DNA from: Stegostoma tigrinum
Lineage: Eukaryota
Assembly (NCBI RefSeq): GCF_030684315.1
Contig: NC_081376.1
Location: 46,432,182-46,496,181, forward strand
DNA: 64,000 nucleotides
Reading direction: 5' to 3'
The notes under the pieces are model-generated. The model was given only the letters and a program-made list of their open reading frames with translations. It did not search any database and was not told the DNA's origin. The stretch's first letter is position 1; every line of letters starts with the position of its first letter. Positions 27,256-41,743 of this stretch are shown piece after piece. Both the position numbers and the translations under genes were made by a program.

Positions 27256-27779
27256 ACAAGGCATAATGGTTTGCTAACAATGAGGTATGAGCTAATTTTT
27301 TGTTGCGATGGTGCTCTGTAAGACGGCAAACTTAACAAGAGTGTGTGGGAGAGCAATAGTCTATGAAAGCGCTCCGTTCTACTTCCTTTAATCCAATTTC
27401 CACCTTAGTCCTATCACGGAAACCACTCTGGCCAAAATTGCAAATGCCATGCTCTTGAAAGATTGAATTAGAGTAGAAATCACCATGGTTGTTTGAGTTA
27501 ATATTGTCCTGACGTGAGAAGGACAGTCAGGTAGGATAGTATTTTTGGAGCTGAGGGGGGAAACTAGAGAAAGCGAAGTTCTCTGAATGGAATTTGTATT
27601 CACTGCAAAAATAAGTCAAAAAATCTGTGCATGCAATCATTGCAATGACTAAAATAGACAGTGGTGTTGGAATATGATATGGAGACGTGTGAGGTAATGC
27701 AGTCTGGTCATAAGAGCTTAAAACCGGAATATTCACATTTGTAAATGTTGATGTCAGAGGAACTTTGATCACTCTTACA

Positions 27780-28440
27780 AAGAATGCAAAAAGTTAACAT
27801 GGACGTAAAGTGAGCAGTTAAGAAAACAAAATGTTACATTTTGACCTTTCTCTCAAAAGAATGAGTGTACCGGGATTTTAAAAAAAAGTCTTCCTATAGT
27901 TGTACAGGGATTTGGTGCACCATCACCTTGATACTGTGCAATTTTGATCTCTATGTTCAAGAAAGGGTATGCTTGCATTGGCAGTGCAACTGAAATTGAA
28001 TGGAGTAGTCCCTGGGGTGATGGAGTTATTTTATGGTGGGGAGCTGTGTAAATTGTGCCTGGAGTCTCGGGAACTCAGGCGAATGAAAGGTGATTTATTT
28101 GAAATGTATGAGATTATCAAAGGAATTAGAGTGTCTGAGAGTTTTGCCTTTGATTGAGGAAACCTAGAACAAGTAGGAACAGTCTCAGGATTAGTTCCAA
28201 TTACTTAAAATTAAGATGAGAATTTCTTACACTGAAAAATGTTGAGAATCCTTAGAACTCTGTTTCCCAGAGGGTTGTGCTTGTGCCATCATTAAATTTG
28301 TTCAAGACTGCAGTACATTTTGGTTTCTCAAGGAATTAAGGGATACAGAGAATAGACAGGAGAGTGGTACTGTAGCCCAAGATTGACCATGTTCATATTG
28401 AATGGTGTCGTAGACTCTGCGTTAATAATCTTGTCTTGCT
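27780..28440 (+). mobile_element. Old CR1-like LINE 3' fragment
   Basis: LESRELRRMKGDLFEMYEIIKG resembles the CR1 RRLRGDLIEVYKI motif. Confidence 0.6.
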
Positions 28441-28833
28441 GCTATTTCTTGTGTTCTGAACTCAATAGCTCTGTTCTACCCAGACCACTTAGATTTTTAA
28501 TTAACCCCACACATGCCCCAACAAAAGTGTCATGGTGAAATGGTTTAATTTTGCATTTACGTACAACCTGGGGGCCCATCTGATTTGAAATGAAGCAGAA
28601 TGAGATTTCCAATTGCAGCTGTGTGCTTTGCTTCGAATTTGATTTGATTAGACAATGAAATGTAAAGCCAGAGTCAATGGTGGCATGCAAAACTGCATTG
28701 CGCTTTATAGTCAGAGGTCCACAGCACAAGTCAAGGCCCTTCAGCCTATCAAGTCAACACTGGTGGAGTGGAAAGACTGTGAAAGGTATTTAATTATCTC
28801 TGAACCAAGAACTAAATAGACAATCTTGAATAA

Positions 28834-28935
28834 AGATAACACTGTGTGAAGCTGGATGAACAGAACAGGCCAAGCAGCATCAGAGGAGCAGGAAAGCTTG
28901 ATGTTTCAGGTCGAGACCCTTCCTCAGAAAATCTT
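28834..28935 (-). mobile_element. PLE terminal fragment
   Basis: gctggatgaacagaacaggccaagcagcatc...gacccttcctcag, flanked on both sides by acaatcttgaa. Confidence 0.7.
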
Positions 28936-30194
28936 CAAACAATCTTGAAATAAACTTTACTCGAGTTATGTACTTGACTTTTGTATGGTAACTGCACTAT
29001 TGTGTAAGTACCCTATTAAAGTGCCAATGAACAGAGTGCATGTTGATTATGTAGGACCAGCATCGTCAACAACGTTTGCTTCTGATTAAAATTAAACTTG
29101 CTAGTAAATGTGAGGGCTGGTAGCGAAACCCTTTCTGAACATAGTGCCTCAGTCAGGGCACCAGCAACTGGTGATACCTGGGACTGCTGATTCTCGAGTT
29201 CAGGTGGATAGGGTCCTTACTAAGATTTGGTGACGACTATGTAGAAATACTTCAACGGTGGATGGTGAGGTGTAGCAGTTTGAGTGTGAACAGCTCATAA
29301 CTCTGGGTCATTTCATTTTACAAACACATAATCTGTACAGTACAAGCCTGGCCATGAATTTAAGTTTTTTTCATTCTTCTTTGAAAAGACTCACTGATAT
29401 GTTTCATACACCCATCTGATGATGTATGTTCAAGTTATTGTTATGGCAACATGAGGGCAAATACTGGTGTTTCCATAGTATTGTTTTACAGTAACGAAAC
29501 ATGACAACCTAGGTAAGTGAGTGGGGTAATGAAGTCTGCATTTTGTCATGAGTTCCATTGTGGATATAATTGAACTTCACTTTGGAATAAGCATGGTTTA
29601 CATTCCAATGTTTATCACTTTATTATTATCACTTACACGAGCTGTAAACTCACGTGTATTTGCAGAGAACTGTAGATTTATTCATTCTCCAAATACAAAC
29701 ATAACTGACACAACCAGTATTTATTGCTCATTGCACTTGTCATATAGATGCTGCCATAGTGCTGCAAGGGAGGGAATCCTGGAAATAGATCTTGTAGTGG
29801 TGAAGTATGTCCATGTCAGGATGGTGTGACTTTGAGGGATCACTGAGCTGATACTGTTCCAGTGTGGCTGCCGCTTTGGCCTTCAGAACAGGCAAACTTG
29901 TGCATTTGAGAGGTGCTATTGAAGTAGCCGGAGTGAATTGCTACGGCACGTCTTGAGCTGGCATAAATTGCTGCATTGGGAAGTGGAGTGAATGTTTAAG
30001 GTGCTGGGTTGGATGTCGATCATGCTGTTTCTGAAGGATTTACAATATGTCCTCCACCAACCTTTAATTCTGCTAAATAAATGAGCAAATCTATTGATAT
30101 GGCTGAAATTGCCAGTTTAAGTTCTTCTATTGTAAGCTGTTTTTGAACATACTTCAATTATATCATAGGCAGGATTAAAATAATATATAGGTGC

Positions 30195-31508
30195 CCATTG
30201 TTTGTGATATACCTAAATGATTTGGAGAAAGGTATAGGTGGTCTGATTAGCAAGTTTGCAGATGACACTAAGATTGGTGGAGTAGCAGATAGTGAAGGGG
30301 ACTGTCGGAGAATGCAGCAGAATGTAGATCGATTGGAGAGTTTGGCAGATAGAGGTCAGTCTGGGCAAATGCGAGGTGATGCATTGTGGAAGGTCAAATT
30401 CAAGAGTGAACTATACAGTAAATGGAAAGGTCCTGGGGAAAATTGATGTACAGGGAGATCAGGGTTTTCAGGTCCATTGTTCCCTGAAGGTGGCATCGCC
30501 GGTCAGTAGAGTGGTCAAGAAGGCATATGGCCTGCTTTCCTTCATCGGACCGGGTATTGAGTACGAGAGTTGGCAGGCCATGTTACAGTTGTATAAGACT
30601 TTAGTTCGACCACATTTAGAGTACTATGTACAGTTCTGGTTGCCACATTACCAAAAGGATGTGGATGCTTTGGAGAGGGTGCAGAGGAGGTTCACCAGGA
30701 TGTTGCCTGGTATGGAGGGTGCTAGCTATGAAGAAAGGTTGAGTAGATTAGGATTATTTTCATTAGAAAGATGGAGATTGAGGGGATGACCTGATTGAGG
30801 TCTACAAAATAATGAGGGATATAGACAAGGTGGATAGCAAAAAGCTTTTTCCCCCAGAGTGGGGGACTCAATTACTCGGGGTCATGAGTTCAAAGTGAGA
30901 GGAAGAAAGTTTATGGGAGATATGCGTGGAAAGTTCTTTACGCAGAGGGTGGTGGGTGCCTGGAACGCGTTTCCAGTGGAGGTGGTGGACAGACACGATA
31001 GTGTCTTTTAAGATGTATCTGGACAGGTACATGGATGGGCAGGGAGCAAAGGGCTACAGACCCTTTGAAAATAGATGACAGGTTTAGACAAAGGATCTCA
31101 CCCCGCACCGTGCCGTGGGGTGGCACGGTGGCTCAGTGGTTAGCACTGCAGCTTCACAGCGCCAGGGACCAGGGTTCAATTCCAGCCCCGGCGACTGTCT
31201 GTGCAGAGTTTGCACATTCTCCCCGTGTCTGCGTGGGTTTCCTCCGGGTGCTCCGGTTTTCTCCCACAGTCCAAAGATGTGCAGGCTAGCTGGATTGGCC
31301 ATGCTAAAATGCACATAGTGTTCAGGAGTGTGTGGGTTATAGGGGGATGAGCCTGGTTGGGATGCTGCATGGGGCGGTGTGGACTTGTTGGGCCGAAGGA
31401 CCTGTTTCCACGCCGTGGGGAATCTAATCTAATCTAATCTAATCTCGATTGGTGCAGGCTTCGAGAGGCGAAGGGCCTGTTCGTGTGCTGTAGTTTTCTT
31501 TGTTCTTT
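30195..31508 (+). mobile_element. CR1-like LINE 3' portion (RT C-terminus and UTR)
   Basis: LFVIYLNDL...SKFADDTKIGG; LYKTLVRPHLEYYVQFWLPHYQKDVDALERVQRRFTRMLPG; tail ttttctttgttcttt. Confidence 0.9.
31118..31445 (+). mobile_element. Full-length HE1-like V-SINE inserted in CR1 3' UTR
   Basis: Pol III A/B boxes (tggctcagtgg; ggttcaattcc), V-domain gtttgcacattctccccgtgtctgcgtgggtttcctccgggtgctccgg, and (aatct)n tail. Confidence 0.9.
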
Positions 31509-33859
31509 AAACCAATGTGTTTCTATTTAGTCCTGATATTAATAAGTACCCCATTTATTTTGTAAGTCCAAAATCTTTAAAAAGAATAACTCTTTAATAA
31601 ATATACTTTGCAAAACGTGATTTGAACTGTAGAATAGTCAGTCCTGATCAGGAAGAAGATTCACTTTTTTGAAAAATTGTCACAGTTTACAGGTGCTGTA
31701 TACAAGGTTTCCATTACATTGACTTCAAGTGTTTTGTCCTCTTATTTCAAAAGAATAATACATGAGAACAGAGCTTACTAGTTACTTCAACTTACAATGA
31801 AGGCTGGCATTGACACTCAATACTGAAACCTTATACCTTCACAGTTTTAAAACATGCTCACCTGGTAAATGGGTGAGGTTATTTTTGGAACAAAGGCAGA
31901 ATACTTTCCAGACTTGCTAAAATGGAGCTTCCATCAAAGATTCTCAGATCACTTGGGAAAGCTGTATTTCAACATCTTGGCAGCAACAAATATTTAAAAA
32001 TAAATCTTGCTTTTTTGATTGTAAATGACACTCTTATTTGTCATGCTCTTACTAGTTTGTGCACTTAAAACCCAGGAGGGTGCTGCCTTAATATATATTA
32101 AATATTAGACACAAATACTTGAACTTGAAATAACAGACTTTGACATTATCAGGCAACAAATAACCACAAGGTTTTATGTAGAAAAATTGTACATATTTTG
32201 AATGAGATTTTCCTTTTTCCTAAATTCTGTACAAAGAAAATTAGCTGAAATCACTTGCAAGAAATACAGATCTTTCAGGACAAGACCCCTCCAAGTGGGA
32301 AGATTTCATGTCTTTACAACGTAGTACAAAAATGCAGTTTTAAAGAAAATGTTTGCAGTATTATTAAGTCGGGTATATCTCCCAACATTAGTGACCTCAA
32401 CAGTGGGGTTAATCAACTAAACAACTGAAATACTTGACGTAAAAAAAGGTTGTTGAACCTCATAGCCTTTGCAGTTTGTGTTCTCAGCGATTTCTTTATC
32501 ATGTGGAGTGCATTGAATTGGCTAATACCTGGCACTGGGGTCATTGGGCAGAGGCTGAGATGGATCATCCATTCTGCACTTCTGGCTGTGAACATGCTTA
32601 TATATGCTTCTGTCTTTTGCATGACTTTGTAACAATAGTTAAAAGTCTGCAAAAATATATTCCTTGATGAGTGTAAACTGAACTCAACAAATCCCAGTTT
32701 TCAAGATCAATAATCTGTCACCCAAAAACACCTAGAAATGGATATGAGCACTTGTTATGCATTAGCACTGATGCTTAAAACTGTCATTAGATTTTGCGAG
32801 TGGTATTCTATGTGGAAGTACAACCTAAATTCAGGGAGATTGTCAAGCTGTGAATATTGTATACGCAGTCATTTTCAGAAGTTAGAAAGAACTGAGTTAC
32901 AGCTAATAATTCTGAAGTAAACTTGATATTTTAGAGCCACACTGTGCTGTTCTCATGAGCAAGAAATTGTGCTGTTTAAAATGTAACTTGTTTTTTTTAC
33001 TTATTTTTATTTTTATACTTAAGATTGCCATTTGACTGCACATATAATGCAAAAATATGTTCCATCTTTGACTGCACAAAGGCACTGAATTAGTAACCAA
33101 ATTGCCCGCATGCCGCTTCGCAACCTTTTAAAAATAAACCCAATAGAGTATCCCTTCCAGAACTACTTTGTTTTTAAATGGAATAGGAAAGGTATGGTGT
33201 GATGAAGTAGAATTGCTTTTGTTCATTTCAGTAAAATCTAAAAAGGAAAAAAAAATCCTCATGTGACAAGGAGATCTATTCATTGTGGAAGTGGTTTGCT
33301 GGAACCTGCTTTCATTAACTCGTCTTAATAGCTTACAGACCACAGTTGTTTGTCCTTTGGTGACATTACACAACCTTTTGTAGACATGTCCTGTCCAAAA
33401 GGAGATTCACATTTTAGTATAATAGGATGGCTTGGGGGAATGGTGTGCCTGAGTGTGTTACTATTCTGTGATCTATGCGTTTAATGCTGCAAAAAGAATG
33501 AGGGGGCTTTGCTAACCTAAATTTTATGTGGAGCGGGATGTTAATTTGTCATGGAGTTTTCCCACCTTTTACAACTGTTTGTTCTCTGTTTGACTCCTAA
33601 TATTGAAGGAAAGTAAGTATATCAGGATGATCATCCTTCAGTATTGGCAAACACTGATGTCCCGCTGGTGGCGTGGATATAATGATACTAGGACTGGTGA
33701 GGCACAGATTTAGACCCTGCTACGTTTTTTTTATAAACAGCAGTGGACAGATCCAATTCAAGATGTTTCTGCCACCAAAAAATCTCAGCATTTGGAGAGA
33801 ACAATCAGATTTCTGAAAAACAAATGTGAACTCTACAATACTAGTGCCTTCAGCCAGTC

Positions 33860-35285
33860 CTCCAACCTGGAGTATTGTGCAAAATTTTGGTCCCCTTGCC
33901 TGAGGAGGGTTCATTGCATTGGAGGCAGATGAGAGGAAATTCTCAAAATTGTTTCCAGAGTTGAGGGGTTTGTCTTAAGAAAGAGTGAGCAATTTAGGCA
34001 AAAACTCTCTGAAATTTAGAAGAATGACAAGAAATCGAATTGACCTGTGTTAAAGGGGCTTGACAAAGTAGGCATGGGATGTTTCCTCATGGGGACAATC
34101 TTGAACGAGAGGTTATAATTTTAGGATATCGAGTAGAAGATTAAAGACAGAGGCGAGAGGGAATTATTTCTCTCAAAGGGTTGTGAATATGTGGAATTTT
34201 GTGTGGTGGAAGCTAGGACATTGTCTGATTCCTCCTGAAATGTATTCGAACAAAGTTTTTAATTTGTAGTGGATTGAAGGTTATGAGGAGCAAGCAGGAA
34301 AGTGGAGTTGAGACTGAGATAAGATCAGCTATGGATTGTATTAGATGATGGAGGAGGCTGAATTGCTTACTCCTTCCAACTCGTGCATTAGTACTGACTT
34401 TGTAGTCATTTATGACTGAGACTGTAATTCAAGACTTGGTTTGACATTACATGTGAGGTGACATAAACCTAGATAATGAACATCTAATCTGTTGTGAATG
34501 CTTAAATTGGTGGTGTGATAAATAGTGGGAAGGAAAGCTTTCGACTACAGGACAAACATAATAAATTGGCTGGTCAGATGGGCGACACCATTGCAGTTTT
34601 CATTTAAGTGTGAAAGGTGAGGTGTGATGTATTTTGGGAGTATATATTGAATGTTAGGCCCTAAGGATGTACAAAGGATCAGAGGGACCTTGTGCATATC
34701 CGTAGATCCTTGAAGGCTACCAGACATATTGAGAAAAGTGGTTAAGAAGGCATCCTGGGATATTTGCGTTTATTAGTCAAGATATTGTATAATAGAATGA
34801 AGAGATTCTGGTGGAATTATGTATACTACACTCTTTAAAGGGAAAGATTGCATTAGAGAAGGTATAGAAGAGATAGGCCAGGGTATTGCCTGAGTTGGAG
34901 CAATTCAGCTTTGAAGAGAGACTAGTTACACTAGGGTTATTTTTCCTTATAGCAGAGAAGGCGGAGGGGACATTTGATGTGTACAAAGTGATGAAGGATG
35001 TACAGAAGAAGAATCCTTTCACCTTAGCAGAAGGCTCAATAATCAGGAGGAGAAGGTTTAGAGGCAATTTGAGGTTTAAAAAAAAATTTCTTGCAGAGGT
35101 GTGTGGTTATCTCAAACTAAAAGAGTGCTGGAGCCAGGAACCCTCAAGACTTTGAAGAACTATTTAGAGGAACACGTGAAATGTCACAGCATTTTGAGGT
35201 TTCAGGCCAAGTACTGGCAAATGGGATTAGAGTTGGTGGATGTTTGATGACCAGCATAAATCAATAGGCCAAATGGCTGTAAAAA
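33860..35285 (+). mobile_element. Two adjacent old CR1-like 3' fragments
   Basis: ctggagtattgtgcaaaattttggtcccc (LEYCVQFWSP-like); LEQFSFEERLVTLGLF...DVYKVMK. Confidence 0.6.
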
Positions 35286-35869
35286 TACTTCCTTTCTGAC
35301 TATTTTGAAGTGACAGGAGGTATCACTTGCTGTGGTAGCAAAGATATGAGTGATGATTTCATTAGCAGATGAACTGCAGAGATATGAAGGTGAAAATGAA
35401 GTACACAAAATGGCAATTTTATAGTTTTATGTTTTTGTTCTGGAGGACCAAGCTCTCAATGAATGCATGTTCTCTCTTATGCAGTCTTTACACTTTGTTA
35501 GTATATTTTCCACCAATTTGAAAACATTTGTCCTCAAAATTATCAATTCTTTAATTAAACTGCAAATAGGTATAAAGCCACAATACATTTCTGTTTTTTG
35601 CCTCCGGTAATTATGTGAGCATAAATGAGCAGGTCTAGATGTGCTCACATCTTGTGTTACTCCTCACAAGAAACATGCAGTGTACCTTTTAAGGAACACA
35701 CTCTTGATATCATCAGCATATCATGGCCTAATGGTATAGCAGACTCTGTCTCCATCTTATTGAGTCTTTTTGCAGCATCACCTGCTGAGGAAAGCATGCT
35801 GCAGTACATCTGAATTGCTGCTCCCATACTGTATTAAAAGTTCATTGAATTCTTAAGTACTATGAGACT

Positions 35870-38240
35870 CACATTATATTCATATGTAATGCTAGCCTAC
35901 ATAGGTGTCACATGACAGTTAAAGAATATCTGTCAGTTCTCATGTCATGTCGCAGCATGGTGGCAGTATATTAGTAAGCACCAATAACCACTTATAAAAG
36001 AATGTTCACTGAAAATTAAACAATGATGGATCATTGAGTATTTGGATGACCAAACACACTCAATTTTCTTGAGTTCAAATCTCTTTTATTCTACTTAAAG
36101 TTCAAGACCTATCATGCTAGAAACATTCTATTTAAGGTACGGCAGTTACAAGTCTTCTCAAATTTTAAAACAAAGTCACCAGCTTAAAACGGCTCTCTTA
36201 TAGTCTTACAACTAAAATTGGCAATCAGCTACTCTCAGTTTAAATACGGGGCCTTCCAGTTTTTAGAGTGATTTTAATAGCTTAAGGAAGCTTACCTCTG
36301 TGCAGTGGTCAGTTGGTTTCACTACTTTGATCACCTAATTGAAGGAAACAAACTTTTCACACTTTTTATTAGCGAAAACACTCTGATGGCTGAAGCCTGG
36401 CTAGGCCTTTACTTCTTAAAAGTACAGATTGTACTCAAAAATACTTAAGCCGCATTGTGAAATATAAAGTAAAATAGAAGGAAAAATAAAAGTACAGATC
36501 AATGAATGAGGGGGGAGAAAAAACTAAACAAACCCAACACTACTACAATACAACCAAAGCCACAAACTTTCAGCAAGGAATGGACAGCAAGTGAAGGCTT
36601 CACTAAATTACAGCTATTTAGGCAACAAATGCAGCTTCACTTTGAAGGTCAACCCGTAAATGGTCCTACGATCTATGAAGTACTTGACCATCTTAATGTA
36701 AGATCAATTTCTGGATTAAGAGATTGCAACTCAGACAGAAACCCCAAGAGTCTATTTAAGGTCTTATTGCAGATGCACAGTAAATGATGTGCATGTCAAT
36801 TCTGTGAAGAAGAACTCAGGGGAAGAAATCAGTTTGGTAATTGCCTCTACTCTGACCATAGCCTTTAGGATAAATCTTCTGGGCAAGAAAATAACATTGA
36901 AAATTGTTGAAAGATGTACACCGGCGTCAAGCCATAGTGGCTGGCCAACATGGTTGTAAGCTTTAGGTATAAAAACACTATTGCTACAGCCAGCAAAGTG
37001 TACCACACAAAGATTAGCAAATGTGTTTGTGACACTCATCCAATAGGCCTGTATTTCTTCCCATCTGCCAAGTGCATGGAGCCAAAAGACATTGGGCATC
37101 CATGTGCCAAAAGCGTAGTTTCAAAAGCCAAACTAGTTAATAGAACAAGACCAAAGTGATCATCAAGATGCTACGATACCACAATGCTAAAAGCATGGAA
37201 AGTCATCCAAAATTATGCAAACCTACCAATGAAGTAAATACCAAACAAATCATAAAGCTGCCTTTGGAAGATGACCAAGTCCTTCATCTTCTCAGTCTCA
37301 TGCACCATCTTGATCGTGTAAGACAGTCAGAAGCTTTTACAACCGTTAATGTTGTATATCCCCAAAAGGCAGGTCAGCACAACCTGAAGACCGAAATTGA
37401 TACTACTGCCAACATATTATGACCGTGCATCCTAAAATACATTCCCCAATGACTGCCATTTCATGGTACAGTCTATAAAACACTCTCACATCATATGATG
37501 GATCATTAATTCGCTACAAAGGCATAATCACTGCCAGTAGGCATGTTTACCTTGGATTTTCAAAATCTTCTCCCGGGTAGATGTGAATTGTCCAACAGTG
37601 GCAGGACTGTCAGTACATGCACAATCTTAGCATTGTAACCATTCACAAAATTCAAACCACACTTGGTGGTGAGAATAAAACAGTCAGGGGATTTTCCCAC
37701 TCAAAGACAGGAGAACAAAATAGATACAACACCAGTGACAGGTACAGGACTACCACAACTATGCACCAGACAGTGCAAGTCAGAAATCCAAACATCTGCA
37801 AAGCTGTGCAGTCAGCTAGGCCATATGAAGTCATTGCTGATCATGGTATTATATTGCAAAAGAACAGGATTCAGCTTAGACCAGTGTGCCACATGCCAAT
37901 CTTGCATCTAAGTGTGAGGAAGGAACCTCCAACAGCAATTGTGTAACAATACTGAGTAACAGCATCCAGTAACAAGGCAACCATGTTATCAGCAGTGGAT
38001 AGCATGAGCTGCTTATGACGGGTATGCGATCACCAGATCAGGATGAGTTGTCAGACCGTCCAAACATTATATCAAAGTTTGAATTTTGATAACTTATTGT
38101 CAGTTCATCAAACAGACAAAATGCTTTTATGTGCAACAATATATTATCTGTTTGGGATTTATTTCCTTTGTATAAAGTGGGGGGGTGGTCTGTTAATTTG
38201 TCACAACAGATATGCAATATACCTTTAAGGTACATATTCG
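35870..38240 (+). mobile_element. Internally deleted, degenerate Gypsy-like LTR retrotransposon
   Basis: PBS-like tggtggcag near 35958; zinc-knuckle remnant CQVHGAKRHWASMC near 37067; protease-like LKTEIDTTANIL near 37385; integrase C-terminus-like ARPYEVIADHGIILQKNRIQLRP near 37815; G-rich tract near 38175. Confidence 0.6.
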
Positions 38241-40837
38241 GGATACCATCACCGCATAGGAGATGGCGAAATTTGAATTCAGTTCAATAATCTGGAATGA
38301 AAGTCAGCCTGATGGAGCCATTGTCAACCGTGAAGGGTGGGGACTATGATGTCAGCCACCAAAAGTGGCTCAACCTATTTTAATATCAATATCTCCAACG
38401 TGTTGTGTGGCACTACCACTGTTCTAAATGAGAATTTACTGTCAAACACAGCTAGCAACTCAATACTGGTCATCCAAGAGATGCAGTGGGCCATTCGATG
38501 CAACAGAATTGTATTCAACCCCAATCTGTAACTTCATGCCCTGGCATGTTGCAAACTTTAACATTATTGAACCAGGCTTTATAGTAGAATGCTTGTGGAC
38601 ATGCCAGGAGTAGCACAGGCTATACCAAAAAGTGATGAGTCAACTTGACAAATCTACAGCACCAGACAAATTGCATGCCAAAGAAGCTAAAGCAGCATTA
38701 AAGAGAGATAGTAACTCCACAACCAGTGAATTACATTGAAGTTCTGCAGTCCTGCCTCATCCAGTCATGAATGGTGGTGGATATTTAAACAATTATCACG
38801 AGGAGGAGACTCCATAAATATACTTATCCTCAATGAAGAAGATAGCAGAACTCTGGATCATGGAGTCATAGGTAGGCTCGGACTTCTCTGCCCGGAGCGC
38901 AGGAGACTGTCAGCTGACATTATAGAGGTCTGTAAATATCATGAGCGATGTAGGTAAGGTAGATAGCCTTTTCCCCATGGTAGGGGACTCTCAAACTCAA
39001 TGGCATAAGCTTATGATGAGAGTGGAGAGATACAAAGGGGTCCAGAGGGGCAATTTTCTTTCACACAGAGGGTAGTGAGTGTCTGGAACGGGCCGCCAGA
39101 TGTAGTGGTGGAAGTGAGTAAAATTTTGTCATTTGAGAAACATTTAGACAGGCCTACAGATGGAATATGTATAGAGGGATAGGGATCAAGCGCAGACAAA
39201 TGGAACTAGTTTAATTGTGAAAACTGGGTGGCATAAGTAATTTGGGCCAAAAGCCTGTTTCCATGCCGTAGACCTCAATGACTCTTAAGATACACAGCAC
39301 AACTCAGCAAGGTTTCTCCAACAGCACCTTCTAAACTTCAGTTTCTGCCATGTAGAAGAGCAAGAGCAGCAGATACATGGGAATGCCACCATCTCAAAGT
39401 TGCTTTTCGAGCCACAAACCATCCTGATGGGAACTATATCATTGGGGTCAAAGTTCTGGAACTCCCTTCCTAACAGCACTGGTGGTGCATTACACCACTT
39501 GGACTGTGAATGATTCAAGAAAGCAGCTCACTACCACCTTCTGAAGGTCAATTTGGAATGGACAATAAATGCTGACCAAATCGGTGATATCCACACTCTG
39601 GAGAGAATATATTTTTAAAAATTACATCTGCCACCCATCTCAATCTCAAACCAGTTAAACTCATAATTTGGTGTTTAAAGTTAAAATTCACAACCTGGTC
39701 ATATGTTTCAACCAACTTGGAAAGTAACATTCATTTCAACATTGACGTTCAAAGTACTATCAGTTCATTAAGTACGATGTATCATGGCTGTTCTGGCCTG
39801 TCTTGAATGTAAAATGTACAGCATCATTAAGAGAAAAGGTCCTGACCTGCCTTCAGGATGTACATATCAGAATGATTGCTGCAGTTTTGAGACTAGCAGA
39901 GACATTAAAAAAAAACACAGCCTCTGAGGGATTCAGAGCTAATGGAAAACTTTGCAGTCAGGGTATTCTATACATGGCAGGTTGCCAGGATGGACAAGAA
40001 TGTAAATGGGCAGACATTAACTGCAGCCTGAAATTGTTCATTCTTTTTGAACTGTCTTGCATGAATGCTCATTCACTTGCTTTCTTTGTGTGACAATCTT
40101 CACTCAAATTATTGCCACTCTTTTGGTGCCGGGGCATTCCTGCACCCACCAGTATTTGAATTTAATGTTGTACAACTGAGCCTGCACCCATTTTTTTTTT
40201 AAATTATAGGGCAATTTTCAGTTTGTAATTTTAGAATTGACATTCAGGTCAATACAGTGACTGCTTCAGGGGTCTACCATTCTGATATACTAATGGTGGG
40301 GTGCTGCATAATCTTGCCTTGTTAATTATTAATTTGTTATTGATTTGAATGATGCATCTGCTAGCAGTTATGCTTATGAAGGGATATGCTACCTAACCAG
40401 TGGTTCTCTGACAGCATGCTTGGACAAAATGAAGGGTACACTGGCTGGCTGTCTTCAGTGATGACAATCACTTGCATGTTAATTCCTTGTCCAAACTGCT
40501 TTCCTTAAGCAATAACTCCACATTACTACACATGAAATCCAGAATCAACGTGTGGGATGGCTGGGTATTCAATAAACTCTATTCAGTTCCAACTTGATAC
40601 TGAGGTGGTAGAATCAGCCTCAGAACGAGCATGTTCCTTTTTTCTAAAATTCCTCAAACCTGGCAAGTAAACCTGGATCACAATGTTAGTCTAAATCTGC
40701 ACCATGATGAATCGAAACATGATTAGAAGTCTGTTGTATAGACCTTCCCTGGAAGGGGCACACAATTTGAATAGCTAATGAGAGCATTCTAGGAATAGAC
40801 TCTACAGCTGCTGGATGATGTTAACTAAAAGAACATA

Positions 40838-41743
40838 CCATATATGCTCATATAAAAGTCGAACTTTTTAGGCTATTTTTTAAGGTTAAATTTATGGGGT
40901 CAGCTATAACATGAGATACTACTTTGAGGAGCTGAAATTCAGGGCTACAGGGGAACTGAGCTCAGTTGAGCAGCACCCAAAGGGAGTTTATCACTGGACT
41001 CGCACCTGATTAAACTTTTGTGCCAAGTTCTTCCATTTCCTTCTATTTTCTCTCGTCTACTTCTATTTTATTTTTTAAATTAATGTTTTAAGATTTTATT
41101 TCTGATAATTCTTTTTATCAGACATTTGATTCCCATACTGTCTTAACAATCATTGTAGCCGAGAGAAATTGTCAACATCTGGACGTCCATCCAATCGAAT
41201 CCCACGTGAAGAAATATGGTAATTATAATGAAGCAAATGCATGTAAGCCTATCTTATATAGGAAATAATGGCATAATAAACTTTGTGTCGCACTAATTAT
41301 ATTGCTCATTCGATAATGAACTTAAGAAATCTGTAGCCTAACGTTGGTGTGAATTGTACATCAAAACATATAATAGCACGAGATAATAGGAACTGCCGAT
41401 GCTGGAGAATCTGAGATAACACCGAGCTGGATGAACACAGCAGAAGCAGGCTTCTTCAGAAAGGAGGGCCTAGACCCAAAGCATCAGCTTTCCTGCTCCT
41501 CTGATGCTGCTTGGCCTCCTGTACACCTTGCTATCTCACATAATAGCACAAATAAAGTTTATTTCCTCATTGTAACATTTATGTACAGGATAATACCTTG
41601 ACTCTCAAATGTTGATCTGTTATCTGTGAAGAATTAGGGTCAACTTTTACATGAGGCATTTGGAAAATTTTCTGTTTTTGTTTGGCCAAAAATAGGGGAT
41701 TGACTTTCATGAGATTGACTGACTTTTATTCGAGTATGTATAG
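40838..41743. mobile_element. Non-autonomous Tc1/mariner (Tigger/pogo-like) DNA transposon remnant
   Basis: Left ta|ccatatatgctcatataaaagtcga and right tgacttttattcgagtatgtatag are decayed inverted termini resembling CCGTATATACTCGAGTATAAGTCGA; subterminal repeats of gtcaacttttacatgag type. Confidence 0.65.
41380..41539. mobile_element. Short palindromic PLE-derived element nested in DNA transposon, 10-bp TSD
   Basis: ataatagcac at 41370-41379 and 41540-41549. Confidence 0.75.

Noticed and set aside
31118-31190. tRNA gene
   Set aside because: A/B boxes are present but run directly into a V-SINE body and tail; this is a tRNA-derived SINE head.
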